Assembly: GCF_009914755.1 (NCBI RefSeq)
Contig: NC_060935.1
DNA: 64,000 bases
From: the human T2T-CHM13v2.0 reference genome, Homo sapiens
Reading direction: 5' to 3' (one strand)
Part shown: positions 1-13,380 of the stretch, one piece after another
Numbering within the stretch: the stretch's first letter is position 1
Layout of the letters: the number at the start of each line of letters is the position of its first letter
The notes under the pieces: model-generated
What the model was told of the DNA's origin: nothing
What the model saw: only the letters and a program-made list of their open reading frames with translations
Database searches by the model: none
Program-made: the position numbers and the translations under genes

Positions 1-284
<284 letters not shown>

Positions 285-522
285 TCATTGTATGTAAATT
301 ACGACAGCAAATTAAGTCCAGAAAAAACATATAAATGAAAGGAATAAGAAGAAAAAATAGTTGAGATGAATAGGATGAAAAATTAAGTGAAAGTGTGGCA
401 AAATATATTTATTTAGTGGTATGAAATGCAGTCCCTTGTGGGAAGGAAGAGTTTAGATAGAAATCTAGAGAAAAGGGAAACAGGAATACATTGTATTTCT
501 CGTCAACCTATGTAAAAGATAC

Positions 523-905
523 TGTGATGAGCCATGATGATCTCCCTTCAGGACTGCAGGAATTATGCCCCCAGCTGGCAGCTCTTAACTGTGAGTCCTC
601 TCTAGAAATTGCCTAGGCTGGAAAGGGTTCCCTCAACCTCAAGGTAGTAAGAGCCTGTATCCCATGATAAGTTGACTCGACTCTAACTCCTTGATCCAAT
701 GCAAGCCGACTCTGGAGGACTGCTCTAGTTTCTCTGTGGGGACAGCTGTGGCGTTTGTCAAGACTGAATCAATTTCTATCTGCCCAGTTCTGCTTCCTTC
801 CTGTCTCTTCCCCTCCACAGGTGCTGATACTGAAAGTGTCCCCAAATAAATTTTACCTCAAACTCTACCTCAGGGTCTACTTCCTAGAGAACTCAGCTTG
901 TAACA
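523..905 (+). mobile_element. ERVL solo LTR, LTR16-like
   Basis: TG...CA ends; the 3' part (AATAAA...CTCAGGGTCTACTTCCTAGAGAACTCAGCTTGTAACA) resembles the LTR16 3' terminus. Confidence 0.65.
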
Positions 906-939
906 ATCTGTGAAATTATTCCTTTGGTTGCTAATGGTT

Positions 940-1135
940 GTTGAGTAAATATTATTTGTTAGGGACCATGTATGTGTACTCTCTACATGGATTATGTCAT
1001 TTGATCTTCCCAACCCACAAGGGATGTACTATTATTGTCCACAGTTTTCAGCTGAGGAAACTGAACTATAGTGAGGTTAAATCATTTGTTCTAGGTCTGT
1101 GGGTGAGAAAAGTTGGAGTTTGGAGCTGGAGTCTA
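940..1135 (-). mobile_element. MIR SINE
   Basis: Reverse-complement MIR core: CAGCTGAGGAAACTGAAC...GAGGTTAAATCATTTG. Confidence 0.75.
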
Positions 1136-1794
1136 CCACACTGTCCAGGGAACTCTACAGGGAGACCAAGTTCCTAACAAGGAGGTAATGAGAAAGCTTT
1201 AGGAGTATTGACCCTACAGCGGGAAAGAGTCAACATTCAGGAAGAAATGTAGAGTCAAATTTAAATAGGCGCTTGTAACTCTCTTTGAATTCAAAACAAT
1301 TAAGGGCAAAAGTTGAACAATAATTAATAAGAATATCTAGTTCTGTCTGAAATTTAGAGATTTTAGTTTTTAAATCTTGAAATATAGTCTTCTTCTGAGG
1401 CTACTTCAGGTGATGACTTTTAATAGAAATATTAATTTCTAATATAACAATGTAGGCTTTTTAATTATAAAATTTAAGGTTTGAGGTAGCATCTAATCTA
1501 AAAGAACTCAGAAATGTTATCACTTAGTTTATCTCAGTATTATCATCTGCTAGAGAAGAAAAGGTTTCTTTTTTAAAAAATAAAATTTCCTTAATGTATC
1601 CTTCTAAATATAATATGTAGTTATGATTAAAAACAGATGGAAATATAAGGTCTCAGAAAATATAAATTTTGTTATGCTTTTTAAAAATATTTTAATTGTT
1701 TTTATTTTAATTGTTTTTTCTTTGTTTAATTCTGTCATGTTTATTCTTCTCCATATCCCAAGTGCTCTCTAAAGAAAAAATAGCAGTAGTACTA

Positions 1795-1945
1795 CCAGGA
1801 TTTCCTCCTTCCAATGTATCCTCTCTTGAGCAGTGACTCAATTTCTTGCTCGGAAATGGTGCCCCCAGCCATTGGTGGCTCAGGTTGAAAATGTGAGTCA
1901 TCTCTGATGTCCGTCTTTACCTCAGACCCCACTTCTGGGCATTGT
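1795..1945 (+). mobile_element. L2 LINE fragment
   Basis: AAATGGTGCCCCCAGCC...GCTCAGGTTGAAAATGTGAGTCATCTCTGA resembles the L2 3' region. Confidence 0.5.
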
Positions 1946-2459
1946 AAAATTATTAAAAATATATCCAGAGCTTTACTATTTCTTATTACTTCTTCCCCGC
2001 CACCCCAGTACAAAGACACCATTACCTCTTGTTTTTTAAAGCATGGTGTGATCATACTAGAGCTTTATATTCTTTTAAAACTTAATTATATAATGGATAT
2101 ATATCTTTATGAGCACCTAATATATATTTCAATGGCTGCTTAATGCCCTCTTGGGAAAATGTACTCCCAGTTTGAATGATGAAAGGGACCCTAAAGTCAG
2201 GGGTCACTTAGGGAATGTCAACTGGCTCTGTGGATCCAGTCTACCCAAAACAACAATACTTGATGGAGTCCTAGTATTGGAAAGAAAGAAAATTATTTTG
2301 CAATGAAACATATACATGGGAAAGCTGAGTGTGAATTCTGAACATGGATTCTGAGGCACTGTAGTCAGATATATGATGTCATAGTGTCTCATGGCACTTA
2401 TCTTCATTTAAGAATATTTCTGCTCAACAGACCAGATTTGAGTGTTTTCAACCAAGAAA

Positions 2460-3095
2460 TACTTGTATCATTTCCATGCTTGAAACCCCTGGATGGTTTC
2501 ACATCATTCTTAGATTAAAATCTAACATTTCTTGAGATATCGACAGGACCTGACTTACCATGGTTTGACTTATGATTTTATAAGTTTATGATGCTGTGAA
2601 AGCAACTGTCCTTCAGTACAACATTCAATGCATTACATGAAATATTCAGTGCTTTATAAAATAGGCTTTGTGTTAGATGGTTTAGCTACACTGTAGGCTG
2701 ATATTAGTGCTCTAGGCAAATTTAAGATAGGCTAGGCCAAGCTATGATGTTCTGTATGTTAGGTGCATTAAATGCATTTTCAATTTATGATAAGTTGATT
2801 GGGATGTAACTCCATCGTAAGTTGAAGAGCATCTGTAATTTTGTTTCTAGCCACCTCTTCTGTCTCATTTTCTACCACTTCCACCTTGCTCCAAACTATC
2901 AGTCTACATGTTGCACTTGTTTTCAGTGCCTGGAACTCACCAACTCCCTTGTAACATAAAGATCTTTGAAGATGCCATTCCCTTGACCAATCTCTCAACT
3001 CTGTTTGTCATTTTAACTCCCATTTATCATTCATGGTTCCTTTGAGATGTCATTCTTTTCAGAAAGCCTTCTCTGAAACACAGACTGGTTAAATT
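2460..3095 (+). mobile_element. L2 LINE fragment interrupted by MER47-like element
   Basis: Pyrimidine-rich L2 motifs either side of the DNA element, e.g. AGATGTCATTCTTTTCAGAAAGCCTTCTCTGA. Confidence 0.55.
2540..2835 (-). mobile_element. MER47A-like non-autonomous TcMar-Tigger element
   Basis: Terminal inverted repeats (GACTTACCATGG... and ...CCATCGTAAGTTGAAGAGCATCTG), TA on both flanks, internal AGGCTAGGCCAAGCTATGATGTTC motif. Confidence 0.8.
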
Positions 3096-3918
3096 TGGCT
3101 AACATGAAAAACCCTTTTAGGACCCAAGTCTCTTTGGGGGCACTTGTGTTGGATGCAATCAAACAATAACGTTCACAGTTTTCTATGGAGCATGTATACA
3201 TTTAAATGAAGTACATACCTGAAGACAGAAGTAAGGAAGCCATATGTGTTAAGTTGCATGAGGACAATGAACATACCTGTTGCTTTCTAAGATCTGGATA
3301 TGCCTCACAGTGTTCTCTAGTACGTAGATACTTGGCTTTTTCAAAAATCTTTGGACAATTAAATTTAATTACTGTTTTTTTTCTAGTGTATGTACTGCTG
3401 TAATGATTATATAGTTACAAAACAAACACTTGCATTTTCTAGTTGGGTTTATTTCCTAGCATATACTAAGGAAATACTTATAAAAGGTGAATAAGCCCTT
3501 TCTGGGCTGGACTTTTTGATAAAGTAATAAAATTGTGTGATAATGAATACTTAATTTAAAAATACTTCTCTGAGCTTTCACTTGATTGTGGAGACTTATG
3601 TAAGTAAAAGCATTACCAACCTAGGAAGTAAGGGTGGCTAGCTGGGTTTGATTTCCTTCAGTCTTTCAGGAAATGGCAAAATGTTCAACCTTTTGAGAGA
3701 ACTTAACTTTATGTTCCTGTTTTCAGTGCTGACACTGCTAAGAATGAATCATTAAATGTGAGAGGAAGGTTAAAGAAAAAATGTTTAACAAACTGTACTT
3801 TTCCAGTGCTACATTTAGAAAAAAATTGTTTTGAATATTGAATATATTTCAATAGCCAGGATATAATGACCATATATGTACGCATACATATCAATTGTTG
3901 GAATTTATTTATAAAAGC

Positions 3919-5186
3919 TTTTTTTTTTCTTTTTTAATGTGGAAATTCAGAAAGTACAGGTACAGATTCATTACATGGGTAAATTGTGTGTTACTGGGGT
4001 TTGGTGTACAAATAATTTTGTCACCCAGGTAATAAGCATAGTACATACCTGATAGGTAGTTTTTTGACCCTCACCCTCCTCCCACTCACCACCCTCAAGT
4101 AGACCTAGTGTCTGTTGTTCCCCTCTGTGTGTCCATGTGCAGTCAGTTTTTAGCTCCTACTTATAAGTGAAAACATGTGATATTTGTTTTTTTTGTTCCT
4201 ACATTAATTCACTGAGGATAATAGCCTCCAGTTGCATCCATGATGCTACAAAGGGCATTATTTCATTCATTTTTTTTATGGCAGCATAGGATTCCATGGT
4301 ATACGTGTACCACATTTTCTTTATCCTGTCCACTGTGGATGGTCCCCTAGGTTGATTCCATGTCTTTGCTATTGTGAATAGTACTGCAATGAACATACGG
4401 TTGCATGTGTCTTTATGGTAGAATGATTTATTTTCCTTTGTGTATATACCCAGTAATGGGATTTGCTGGGTTGAATGGTAATTCTGTTTTCAGTTCTTTA
4501 AGAAATCTCCAATCTACAGTAGTTGAAATAATTTACATTCCCACCAGCAGTGTGTAAGCATTCCCTTTTCTCTGCAACTTCATCAACATCTGTTATTTCT
4601 TGACATTTTAATAATAGCCTTTGTGACTGGTATGAGATGGTATCTCATTGTGGTTTTAATTTGCATATTTCTGATGGTTAATGATGTTTAGCATTTCTTC
4701 ATATGCTTGTTGGCTATGTGTATGTCTTCTTTGAGAAATATCTGTTCATATTCTTTGCCCATTTTTTAATCAGTTTGTTAGCTTTTTGCTTGTTAATTTA
4801 AGTTCTTTGTAGATTCTGGATATTAGACCTTTGTCAGATGCAGAGTTTGCAACTATTTTCTCTCATTCCGTAGGGTGTCTGTTTACTCTGTTGATAATTT
4901 ATTTTACTGTGAAGAAAGTCTTTAGTTTAATTGTCCATATTTGGTTTTGTTTCAGTTGCTTTTTGAGACTTCGTCATAAAATCTTTGCCATGGCCGATGC
5001 CTAGAATGTTATTTCCTAGATTTTCTTCTAGGGTTTTTGAAGAGTTAGGTCTTATATTTAAGTCTTTAATCATCTTGAGCTAGTTTTTGTATATGGTGAA
5101 CTGAAGGAGTGCAGTTTCAGTCTTCTACATATGGCTAGCCAGTTATTCCAGCACCATTTATTGAATGGGGAGTCTTTTCCCTATTG
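3919..5186 (-). mobile_element. 5'-truncated L1 (L1PA15/16-like)
   Basis: Poly(T) start, L1PA15/16-type 3'UTR, and ORF2 C-terminal peptide at 4199-4396 ([16 protein letters not shown]...). Confidence 0.9.
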
Positions 5187-5609
5187 TATAATAATGCTTA
5201 CAGAATCAAATTTTGGTGGCTGAAATTAATTATTGAGAGGGTGGGGAAGATTTTTCTATGTTAGTTAAAGAATTAGAAATTTCTAATAAAGTGAAATAAT
5301 GAAATTTATTACATAGCTCAACAAGAGGATTCAAACTCAGCATAAGAGGGAGGAACTACTTCATCTCTTTTATACCTTCATGAGCTTTGGTTGCATGAAA
5401 TAATAACCTTAATTATACAAAATTCAACTAAAAGAAGCATTCGAGTATGTGTTCTGAGAGTTCCATTTTGGAGAAAAAGGATGAGAAGACCATCCAATTA
5501 AAAAATATGTATACACAGTTCATGTTGTTGACAAGTAGTTTAAGCCTTGGGTATGTATCACTATTTATGTATTTTATGCTAGACAATGATAAATAACACT
5601 TGGGGCAGT

Positions 5610-5890
5610 TTATTGTTTTAATTAATATAATTGAGTGCCTAAGATGTGTCAGGTGCTGTGATAAGCACTTTGGATTAAACGGTGCCCAAAATAGATATCT
5701 CTGTCCTCAGAGTTAGGATCTATCTAGTGGAGGACACAGACATGGGAAAAATAACTTTCTTTTTTCAAATTATGTAAATTATAACTCAGATAAGCACTGT
5801 GTGGAAAGTTACATGATACTTTAAGAACATATAACAGGGGTGTTTGACCTAATTAGGAAAGTAAGAGAAAGCTTTCTTAGTGAAGGCATG
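5610..5890 (-). mobile_element. L2 3' end
   Basis: ATTGAGTGCCTAAGATGTGTCAGGTGCTGTG matches the reverse complement of the L2 terminus. Confidence 0.7.
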
Positions 5891-6029
5891 GTAGAATAGT
5901 GAGATGAAGAATAATGTAATACTTAGTTTAAGAAAGAAAGCAGAAATTTCTATGGAAATCAGTTTTAATAAAGTTGTTCTTTGCTATTGCACTCTATAAA
6001 AAATGAATATGCTGAAGGCATGAAAACTT

Positions 6030-6340
6030 TTGATTTTTAAATTTTTAATTATGACTACATAATAATTGTACATATTTATGGGGTACATGTGATATTTTGT
6101 TACAAGCATGCAATGCATAATGACCAAATCAGCGCAATTGGGATATCAATCTCCTCAAGTATTTATCATTTGTTTGTGTTAGGAACATTCCAATTACACT
6201 TTTTAGTTATTTTGTTTTAGTTATTTTTGAAATAAATAACAAATTACTGTTACGTATAGTTGCCCCATTGTGCTAATGTATACTAGATTTTATTTATTCT
6301 ATTTAACTGTATCTAATATTTGTACCTATTAACTATCAAT
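6030..6340 (-). mobile_element. L1MA-type 3' end
   Basis: TTGTACATATTTATGGGGTACATGTGATATTTTG...GTGTTAGGAACATTCCAA is typical of L1MA 3'UTRs. Confidence 0.8.
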
Positions 6341-6894
6341 TTCTTCACTATTCCCTCTCTGAAATATACATTGTCAAAAGATTTTGGATACCATTTTACC
6401 TTTTGATATATATGTATATATTTGCATACACTGTATTTGGTTTATTTTAGCAAAATCTGATGATATTAAATATATTCCTCTAAAGTTTATAGGTTTTTGT
6501 TTTGATTTGCTTTTGTTTTTCACCTTATAATAATTTTGGATACCTTTCCTTGTCAACACTTATGGAACTTTTTATTATTCTTAATAGCCGTATAAGATTT
6601 TATTCCTGCATCTAAGATTGTTATTTAGTGATCCATCTAAGGACAATATGGTTCATTTAATTTTTCATAATTATCATTGATGATGAATAAAACATTCTTA
6701 TTGATTGTGGGGTGTTTCTAAAGAGTATAGTAGAAATGTTAGGTCAATGGATATGAACACCTAAAATTTAGTATATTTCAGTATTGCATTCTAAAAGTTT
6801 GTAATATTCCCATATACTTCCATGAATAAGGTATACGAGTACCCATTTTCAGTTTTGTTTGATAAAATTACATATTGATATATCATATTCTCTC

Positions 6895-8110
6895 TCTTTT
6901 TGAACCACTTTATTGAGGTATACTTGACATGTAAAAAGCTGTACATATTTAATGTATACATGTCAATGAGTTTAGAGATAAATATATACCTGTGAAACTA
7001 CCACTACAGTCAAGGCCATAAAAATATCCATCACCTTCTAAAGTTTTCTCCCACTTCCTTTATTACTATTAGATTTTTTGGTTAGACCCCATATAATATC
7101 TACCTTCTTGGCAATTTTAAATAAGCAATACATTGTTGTTATACACACTATGCTTTAGAGTAGGTCTCCAGAACTTATTCCTGTTGCATAACTGAAACTT
7201 GATATCCTTTAACCATCACCTCCCCATTTCTTCCTCTCCCCAGCCACTGGCAACAACCAATCTATTCTCTATTTCTATGAGTATGACTATTTTAGATTCT
7301 ATATATGAGAGAAATAATGCAATACTTGCCTTTTGTTTGTTGGCTTATTTTACTTAACATAATGCTCTCCAGGTTTATCTTAGGTGTCACAAATGGAAGC
7401 ATTTTCTTCTTTCTTGATGATGACTAATATTCTGTTGTATGTATATACCACACGTTCTTCATCCATTCATCCATGATAGATATTTAGATAGTTTCCATAT
7501 CTTGGCTATTGTAAATAATGTTGCAAAGAATTTGTGAGTGCAAGTACCTCTTCTACATTTTTTGAATACATACTGAGAAGTAGGGTTGCTGGATCATACA
7601 ATAGGTCTAATTTTAATATTTTCTGTTGTCCATAATGGCTGTGCCAGTTTTCATTCTCACCAACAGCATACACGTGTCCCCTTTCTTCACACCTTTGCCA
7701 GCACATGTTACCTTTTGTCTTATTTGTCTTTGTATCAATGATTTGTTTGAGTTCCTTATATATTTTGGATATTAATCCCTTATTAGAATTATGGTTTGCA
7801 AAGGTATTTTTCTATTCCATAGGATGTCTCTTCACTCTAATTATTGTTTCTGTTGCTGTGCATAAGCCTTTTAGTATGATATTATCCCATTGGTCTATTT
7901 TTAAAAATTCTTTTTGATGCTATTAATTGTCAGTGATATTCCTTTCTTAATTTCTTTTTCAGATAGTTTGTTAGTGTATAAAAATGGAACTGTTTTCTGA
8001 ATGTTGATTTTGTATTCCACAACTTTACTGAATTTATTTATTAGTTCTAACAGTTTTTGGTGGAATTTTAAAGATTTTCTCTACATATGGCCATGTCATT
8101 GGCAATAATT
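6895..8110 (-). mobile_element. L1MA9/L1MA10/L1MB-type fragment (internally deleted)
   Basis: TTTATTGAGGTATACTTGACATG terminus, 3'UTR motifs, and degenerate ORF2 peptide at 7506-7706 (CWQRCEERG...LYDPATLLLSMY). Confidence 0.8.
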
Positions 8111-10029
8111 ATGTTCAGTTTTTTAATAATCAGTGACATTCATTTTGATGCCCTTTTTTAACAAACTGATTTATCACTTTTAACTTCACCTCTAAGTAAT
8201 ATAGAATAATGATCACTTGTTTGATTTACCAAATTTGATGTAATTTTATGGTCCAAACGTGCCTTACATGTGCAATACCCCAAACCAAAACATCTTCAAC
8301 ATTTAAAGGAGATACAGCATTTTCAAAAGTGAGCACAACTTAGTATACAGAAAGACTATATATCCTTTATTTGTGTAAGGAAAAAAAAAGAACAGTATAA
8401 GTGAATATTATAGTACACTGCTAGTGAGAGTGAATTTCAGCACCTCCCATTTGAAGTCATACACAGATGTCTAAAAGAACAATAATCTATTTACAAAGAT
8501 CTGTAGGGAATATATTATACTATATTGAGTAGAGCACTTATATCTCTGGGATATATTGAGGTTTTTCTTTAAACATGTCATCAATTTTTCTGAGCCTTCT
8601 ATGAATACTTGAGCAAAATACATCTGTTGTCTTTTAGGTTTTATCTATTCATTCTACTTTAGTAATCATATTGCTCTTATCCTTTATGCCCTTTAACTTA
8701 AACTGGAGCAACATGTTCTAATGAAGAATAAGCAAATCCACAAGTGACATATGACACATTTTTTTGGAGTGTTGATATCATTAGAAAACTCTGGTAACTT
8801 CTTAAAGTTTTATTTTGAGAAGCATCACTGCTATGTATACTTAATAACCCTGAATAAATATTTCTGCTATATACAGATGTTACTTTTGTAAACATCTACT
8901 GCTCTTGTATCTTCATGAACACTTTATTTTCGAGTTTCAATTTTCTTTTCTCTTTTAGTGCTTTCTTTTTGGCACATAGATATTTATTAACTTTTAGATT
9001 TATTTATTACCTTTACTTCAGATATATTGATATATTTGGATATATATTAATAGACTGTATCAATTTTTGGTGTCCTAATTTTTCCTTTGCCATACATTCT
9101 AATTTACCTATTAAATGTAAATTATTCATCAAGGCATGTTTACCAATCCTTTTATATATGACTAGTTTTATTTTCCTTTAGAACTGCATGTAAGTAGAAA
9201 AGCGGGAGGTAGTCTATTTCAAAAGATTATGCTTTAGAATAGTGGAAGTAAATTTTTATATTTATCTTTTAAAATGTGCTTATTTTATGGCCTTCTGCTA
9301 TTTTGTTTTCTTTTCTTTTACATCGTTTCTATTTTCTTTAATTCTTTGAATTTTTAAATATTCTTAAGATGTTAGGGCAGTAAAACCTGTTTTCAATTGT
9401 AATGTTAACAATCCTTATGTTTTACCTAATATATTGTTAAGACTATATTCATCTAATTTTAAATTAAAAACAAAACATAACTTTAGGCTTTTCTATATAA
9501 AAGATGGGAGATTATGCACTTTTAAATTATTTGTTCCCAGCCCAATTTATTCTATATTAGAAGTTTTGGAATTATGTAGTAGATTATTTTTTCTTTCATA
9601 TACAAATTGCTATTATTTTTAAATTATTAATAAAGTTATGTATTTATTCAGTGCTAATGTACCTCCCTAACCCACAGTACTGACAAACTCATGCTTATGT
9701 TTTTATTTCAACTTCTTTCAGAAAACCTGACTAATATGTTTAGATAAAGTGCTTAGGTAATACATATTTTGAAAATTTTATATGAACTACTTTTTTCTTG
9801 TGTATTCAAAGATTCATACTTATAAAATGACATACAACTTTTGGTGTGTTAATACTTTTCCTCAAACCTATTATATAGTTCTTTGTTTTATTGTTTTTGT
9901 TGTGGAGCAAATCAGAACAATCTGTCAATGTCCCAATGACCAATACTCAAACAATCGGAGAAAGAAAATTAATAACAATAGTATTGCCTTATAACACATA
10001 TTCTAAAATAAATATTTACATTTACTTGT

Positions 10030-10640
10030 TGATAGAAAGAAATAATTGACTAAATAATTGGGTATAAGGAACATATTTCTCTTACATAAGAAGCCTAACA
10101 AAAAATATAGAATTAATGAGAGAAATAGAAAGCCTCATTAGAATTTAGCAGTAATAACAGTCAGGCAAGATCTACCAATGGTTGCTAAAAATCAATGAGC
10201 GTAAGTATGAGTAGAAACAGGATGTTTGTATAGAATCAAAGGACCTCCCTTAGGATATTTATTAATTTCAAAGAGAAAAGGAGTAAACTTAAATTAGAGA
10301 TATCTGGCAGACAATACCTTAATAAAGTGATCAAATTTACTATCACCAGTAAAATGACATACTAATAATGTGGTTCCTGATATCATATACTGATAACCCA
10401 TCACTTTTCTGTTACCTTTTCAAATGTGCATAACTTCACATTAATAATGAGAAATAATCAAACAAGTCCCCAGAATGAGAGACTTTACACAAAATTACTG
10501 AGCAGTACTCTCAAAGTTGTCATCATGAAAGGCAAGGAAAGACCAAGGAGCTGTCACAGATTAGAGGAAGGGGTAAGGAGATAACTATTAATAAAGTTAA
10601 CGTGGAATCCAGAACCAGATTCTAAGACAGAAAAAAGTAT
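10030..10640 (+). mobile_element. L1MC-type 3'UTR fragment
   Basis: AATGAGAAATAATCAAACAAGTCCC...GGCAAGGAAAGACCAAGGAGCTGTCACAGATTAGAGGA motif. Confidence 0.6.
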
Positions 10641-10699
10641 ACAAATTTATGATATGTTTAAGGTTAATTTGAAGATAAGAGAAACCTCATATAAGAGAG

Positions 10700-11495
10700 A
10701 AAATGCTGAAACACGTTTTCAAAGATAAAGGAATGGTGTGCTATGCTTCAGCCTGGAAATATTCTATATCATAAAGATGCCAATATTTCATCTTTTTCCA
10801 TCTTCCACATTTTCAATGAAATTCTCCTCCAAATCTCCAGATAATTTTTAATGAAATTACCATTAATATGTGAAAATTAATCTAGAAGATCTAATGCACA
10901 AAAATGGCAAAACACATTTTGGCAAAGAACCTGAAATAAAGGAGAAAAGCCTAGTCTTAACACATGAGGAATAAGTTCTCAACAATACTGATCAATAGGA
11001 TACAATGAAGCTGTCCTTAAAATTCTGGAAGAAATTCATTACAATTTAAGATTTTCATGGCAGTATTGTTCATAACCATCAAAAACCAGAGACTCTCTAA
11101 ATGAGCAGCAACAAGAATATAGATGAAATTAATTTTGGTATATTCAAATAATATAATCTACATATCAACAATACTGAAAAAAAACCTCTCACACTAATGG
11201 AAAAGATAAATTTCATAAACTTAATATTTAGTAAAATAAAACAAAGATATGTACTGTGTGATTATATTTAAATAAAACATGTTAGACATAGACATTAGGA
11301 TAGCAACTACCTTTGGAGAGAGGGCTGGGTTCATGATTGGGAGATGTTAGGAAGAGTTTCACTTTAGCTGGAAATACCCCATTTTCTAACCTGGGTTGTT
11401 GACACATAGGCATGTTCACTTGGTGATCATTTATTGAAATGTATACTTAATGATTTATTCAGTTTTCTGTATGTATGTTATAGCTCAGTAAAAAG
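10700..11495 (+). mobile_element. L1ME-type 3' fragment
   Basis: Degenerate ORF2 end plus 3'UTR ending TTTTCTGTATGTATGTTATAGCTCAGTAAAAAG. Confidence 0.6.
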
Positions 11496-11531
11496 TACTA
11501 GCTGAAGATACAGAGTAATAAAGCTGTGACC

Positions 11532-12172
11532 TTTCTAGTTCTAGATCCTTGAGGAATTGCTACACTGTGTTCCACAATGGTTGAACTAATTTACACTCCC
11601 ATCAACAGTGTAAAAGTGTTCCTATTTCAGAAATACTGTTTGACCCAGCAATCCCATTACTGCGTATACCCAAAGGATTATAATACCCAAAGGATTATAA
11701 ATAATGCTGCTATAAAGACACATGCACACATATGTGCATTGTGATACTGTTCACAATAGCAAAGACTTAGAACCAACCCAAATGCTCATCAATGATAGAA
11801 GGATAAAGAAAATGCACCACATATATACCATGGAATACTATGCAGCCGTAAAAAGGGATGAGTTCATTTCCTTTCTAGGGACATGAGTGAAGCTGGAAAC
11901 TATCATTCTCAGCAAACTAACACAGGAACAGAAAACCAAACACCACATGTTATCACTCATAAGTGGGAGTTGAACAATGAGAACACATGGACACAGGGAG
12001 GGGAACATCACACACCGGGTCCTGTCAGGGGGTTGGGGGGATAGGGGAGGGATAGCATTAGGAGAAATACCTAATGTGAATGATGGGTTGATTGGTGCAG
12101 CAAACCACCATGGCATGTGTATACCTATGTACCAAACCTGCATATTCTGCACAAGTATCCCAGAACTTAAAG

Positions 12173-12210
<38 letters not shown>
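11532..12210 (+). mobile_element. L1PA7-like, 5'-truncated with 5' inversion (11532-11628 inverted) and (TAA)n tail
   Basis: Antisense ORF2 piece joined to a sense piece that continues from the same consensus position; L1PA7-type 3'UTR; (TAA)n at 12175-12210. Confidence 0.92.
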
Positions 12211-12213
<3 letters not shown>

Positions 12214-12339
12214 TTGGCAAATGTGACCTACACATTTGCAAAGAAAAGGACAAATATCCTTTTAAAGCTTTATTTAAAAAAATGAAAATCTATTAAATGG
12301 CTTCTTCTATTTGAAAATAAAAGTAATTAAATAAAAAAA

Positions 12340-13380
12340 AAGCTATGACCTTGATATAAAGCCCTTCCTAAGGAATGTGAGAATTGCATAAAATAAGATA
12401 AATAATTTTGACCCCACAAATCTGAAATCCTCAATATTATAAAAACAGATAAAAGACAAGTGGTACACTGGGAAAAAATTTGTCAAAATAGAATAAAACA
12501 TTAGATTATTATCTGGATTATACAAATTTCAAATATATTTTAAAAAGAAAAGGCAAAGCAATTCATAGATAGCGTCAAAGCCTATGATCAAGTAACTCAC
12601 AGAAGAAATATAACAGAGGCCTCGCATGGTGGCTCAAGCCTGTAATCCCAGCACTTTGGGAGGCCAAGGCAGAATGATCACTTGAGACCAGGAATTTGAG
12701 AACATCCTGGGCAAGATAGGAAGACTCCATCTCTACAAAAAATAAAAAATTAGTCCAGCATGGTGGCTTGTGCCTGTAGTCCCAGCGACTGGGGAAGCTG
12801 AAGTGGGAGGATCACTTGAGGCCAGAAGGTGGAGGCTGCCCTGAGCCATGATTGTACCACTGCACTCCAGTCTGGGTGACAGAGTGAGATTGTGTCTCAG
12901 AAAATAAATAAAAATAGTTGATAAAGAAGTATAAAGGAATGACTTCACATTTAGTATTACCTAGAAAAATGCAAATTAAAATACATATTAGATTTAAATA
13001 AAAACATTACCAGTATCATATGTTGGCATATATGAGGGGAAATACATAAGAGTATAAATATGTACAGCCTTTGAGGAGGTCAATGTAATAGTACCTGTGC
13101 ACAAGTATTGTCTTTGGCCCAACCACGAACTGTTTAGGTGCCTCACCTATGAGGTTATACATGCATACTCATGATTAATCATGTACATGCATTTTAGGTA
13201 ACGAGGAAAAATTGAAAATAATATAAATCTACCAATTCATAAAAAGTAATGCAACCTCTGATGTATCCACATTGTAGAGTTTCAAGAATATGATAATTCT
13301 ACATCTAATAACATGAAAAGATCCTTAAGTCATATTAGGAAATAACAATAGTAAGTTACAGAGCAATATATCTAGTTGGA
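12340..13380 (+). mobile_element. Old L1 (L1ME-like) fragment interrupted by AluJ
   Basis: Degenerate ORF2 3' motifs (CTGGGAAAAAATTTGTCAA; AAAATGCAAATTAAAA). Confidence 0.55.
12618..12915 (+). mobile_element. AluJ (Jo-like)
   Basis: Dimeric Alu with J diagnostics (GGATCACTTGAGGCCAGAAGG, TGAGCCATGATTGTACCAC) and heavy CpG loss. Confidence 0.92.
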
